DNA of 64,000 nucleotides from NCBI RefSeq assembly GCF_056746865.1, contig NZ_CM163382.1; one strand, 5' to 3'. Shown piece by piece: positions 61,848 to 64,000 of this stretch (position 1 is its first letter; each line of letters starts with the position of its first letter). The notes under the pieces were generated by a model. It saw only the letters and a program-made list of their open reading frames with translations, ran no database searches and was not told where the DNA came from. The position numbers and the translations under genes were made by a program.

Positions 61848-62342
61848 TTACCTTGCACAATGCATTATTGCTCTGTTACCAATACTCAAAATAAAAGCAT
61901 GCTTACCTTGCTTTAGTATATTATAGCTTACACTTTTTTCTGGAAAGACATAAAAATCAGGAATAAGTTCTGCAAGTCTATCATCATCGACTTGATCCAT
62001 GATCTCAAATTTATTAACTTTCTTTGATGTTAAATGGGCTGTGTCATAGTTTTCAATCCATGTGTATTCAATATTTCGCCGTATTGACTTACTTTCTCTG
62101 TTACCCTGTTGCCAGGTTCCGCTCAACGCAACAGTTCCTGTTTTATTTTTTTTGTTATACATAAAGTCGATGGTAAGATTTGCTCGCCCCTTGTCATTAA
62201 AAATTACCCAATTTGCAGTGCATGTTTCATTATATATCATTTTTTCTGCAGTATAAGAGTAAACAATGAAGAGAATAAACCCACTGATAAAAACTAAAAT
62301 AAATAATAAGTTTTTTTTATAATCAATCACGATTAACCTCAC
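61848..62342 (-). CDS. yqeJ: Membrane-anchored protein YqeJ (164 aa)
   Basis: N-terminal TM LLFILVFISGFILFIVYSY. Overlaps the yqeI 3' end by 20 nt. Confidence 0.6.
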   Translation of the reverse strand: MRLIVIDYKKNLLFILVFISGFILFIVYSYTAEKMIYNETCTANWVIFNDKGRANLTIDFMYNKKNKTGTVALSGTWQQGNRESKSIRRNIEYTWIENYDTAHLTSKKVNKFEIMDQVDDDRLAELIPDFYVFPEKSVSYNILKQGKHAFILSIGNRAIMHCAR

Positions 62343-63132
62343 GGTAAGACAGGGTTAAACAGCCTGCCACTTCATGTTGGTTATAGTTTTTATTGCATGC
62401 CATAACAATCATCCCTGGTGAGGATTTTGCAAGAGGGAAGTATAACCACGGATATTTTTTACAGTTAATCCCCGAATCCAGTATCCGTGTCTTATATTTA
62501 TCGAACTCTTTCAACCCATCAATTGTATCTTCTGTCACATTAAAATGGCAGCCATTAATTTCCGCAACAGTCTTGTAATCCTTGAAGAATGGCTTCGGTT
62601 GATTATTATTCCATAGCCAATGTGCAGAATATACGCCTATAGCAAATATGCTCAACATAATTAGATAACTTTTTATATGTTTGAGGATTTTGTTATTGAA
62701 ATTGTTTGCGCCACTAATGCTCTCTTTGTACCCCGCATTACCTTTTACGGCAGGTGGGGCATTGTGTGTATGTGCGTCTGTTGAAGAGTTTATTGCATGA
62801 TTTTGTATGTTAATGTCATTATGAATCTTGAATCCTCTTCTCGGCACGGTTGCAATAAGCGAGTGGGTGGTATCACCAACAGCGCGAAATCCGCGTCTGA
62901 TAATGGATATGTTCTGATATAACGTGTTAGTTGGCACACGCATACCTTCTTCTTCCCAGACTCTGGTGAAAAAATCTTGTTGTGCAACCACATCAGGAAA
63001 AGCTTCAAGTAGAAGTGATAAACAACGACTGGCTGGCGTTGTCAGAACGACGTTAAGATCGGCGTTATGTACCGATATTAATTTTCGGTGCTCAGGCCAG
63101 AACTCGATATTATCGTTAATAATCCAGTACAT
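62323..63132 (-). CDS. yqeI: ToxR-like transmembrane transcriptional regulator
   Basis: 269 aa. N-terminal winged-helix (LYQNISIIRRGFRAVGDTTHSLIATVPRRGFKI), a central TM and a periplasmic C-domain. Confidence 0.8.
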   Translation of the reverse strand: MYWIINDNIEFWPEHRKLISVHNADLNVVLTTPASRCLSLLLEAFPDVVAQQDFFTRVWEEEGMRVPTNTLYQNISIIRRGFRAVGDTTHSLIATVPRRGFKIHNDINIQNHAINSSTDAHTHNAPPAVKGNAGYKESISGANNFNNKILKHIKSYLIMLSIFAIGVYSAHWLWNNNQPKPFFKDYKTVAEINGCHFNVTEDTIDGLKEFDKYKTRILDSGINCKKYPWLYFPLAKSSPGMIVMACNKNYNQHEVAGCLTLSYREVNRD

Positions 63133-63465
63133 ACGTCAATAGACACTAAATCAATCGAAATGGAAATCACATAGTTTGCTAAGTATATTGGTATTTACGG
63201 CATAAATATATATTAATTTTATATTTATCATAATGATTGAAATGAGGCTTTAATGTCGCAACCTAAAACTTTACGTAAATTAACATGATTAACATTTATG
63301 CCACTATTGTTTGTAAATTCATATTTCGTAATGCTTCTGAATTTTTCGTGTGATGGTTTTAAATACCATGTTGTTTACTCTTGGGGTTACTGCTTATTTG
63401 TAAAATACGGGCATTTCAATAGATGCCCGTATAAGCAGAGTATGATTCTGGCAGATTATTGAGTA

Positions 63466-64000
63466 TCAATGTTGGACCGAATGTGAACGAATAAATAACT
63501 CGTTTATTTTACCACCCATTCTCTTTTCGATTCGTTGCTTGTACGCGTAGATGCTACGGATATCCATATCCAGAACTTCAGCAATCTGATATGGATTATA
63601 ACCAGAAACCATATACCCCATTATGGTGAATTCCATCTGAGTTAATGTGTTCCCTCTGGTAAATGATAAATAACGACCAATAAATAGTTGTCTGATCTTT
63701 TCGTTGGCAACATCAAGACCATCATCATTATATATGACAGCAGATATTGCAGAGTTGTGTTTTCGCCAGTAGTTAGCTAACGATTGCATATTTCGGTCGC
63801 TGACTAAAACAATCCCCATGTCAGTACTTGCAAGATAGTCAATCCAGTCTTTTTCAAGGAATAGACGTAAAAAACTTACTGAAAAATCGACAAAAATATA
63901 TCCGCTTAATCTCGCATTGTGGTTTTTTGTTAAAATACCTTCCACCACACCACGATTAAAATATGAACTTTCTTCGGGCCACATACAAAAACACGAGTTT
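63466..64000 (-). CDS. yqeH: LuxR-type regulator YqeH; the 5' end lies beyond the right edge of the window
   Basis: C-terminal HTH (LTQMEFTIMGYMVSGYNPYQIAEVLDMDIRSIYAYKQRIEKRMG). The frame stays open upstream of the listed Met to position 64000. Confidence 0.7.
   Translation of the reverse strand, partial: NSCFCMWPEESSYFNRGVVEGILTKNHNARLSGYIFVDFSVSFLRLFLEKDWIDYLASTDMGIVLVSDRNMQSLANYWRKHNSAISAVIYNDDGLDVANEKIRQLFIGRYLSFTRGNTLTQMEFTIMGYMVSGYNPYQIAEVLDMDIRSIYAYKQRIEKRMGGKINELFIRSHSVQH

Overview
Escherichia coli chromosomal window made of three blocks. (1) 1-16.8 kb is conserved core, almost all on the minus strand: the rpoS-proximal variable region (ecdC', ecdB, a MarR-type regulator), then rpoS-nlpD-pcm-surE-truD-ispF-ispD-ftsB-ygbE-cysCND, iap (+), a type I-E CRISPR array (19 repeats, 18 spacers, leader next to cas2), and cas2, cas1, cas6e and a 5'-truncated cas5e. 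(2) 16.8-36.7 kb is a 19.9-kb island led by a P4-type integrase. It is bounded by a 15-bp direct repeat (CTTCGCCCGCTCCAA) that looks like the 3' acceptor end of tRNA-Gly(CCC). The island has a satellite-like core: int, AlpA, AntA and Bro antirepressor-like genes, an RHH protein, an Icd-like protein, a DUF927-type primase-helicase, iterons and an SSB. It also carries an IS200/IS605 element (tnpA/tnpB) and a tightly coupled operon of three very large proteins (843, 686 and 918 aa) plus a small membrane protein. (3) 36.9-64 kb is the ETT2 type III secretion locus (GH15-like pseudogene, eivFGEACIJ, epaOPQRS, etrA, eprHIJK, orgAB-like, ygeK, pbl, ygeIHGF, yqeKJIH), and every core apparatus ORF looks intact. 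The most interesting observations: the island's left crossover lies inside cas5e, at a sequence resembling the tRNA acceptor stem, and this separates cas6e-cas1-cas2-CRISPR from the rest of the cas operon. The flank orientations imply a large integrase-mediated inversion. cas1 carries an in-frame TAA. The island has two mirror-image iteron clusters 11 kb apart. The giant-protein operon looks like phage ejection proteins, and one of its proteins has an AT-rich HExxH insert. Product names come from reading the supplied translations and from remembered family knowledge; no database search was run.
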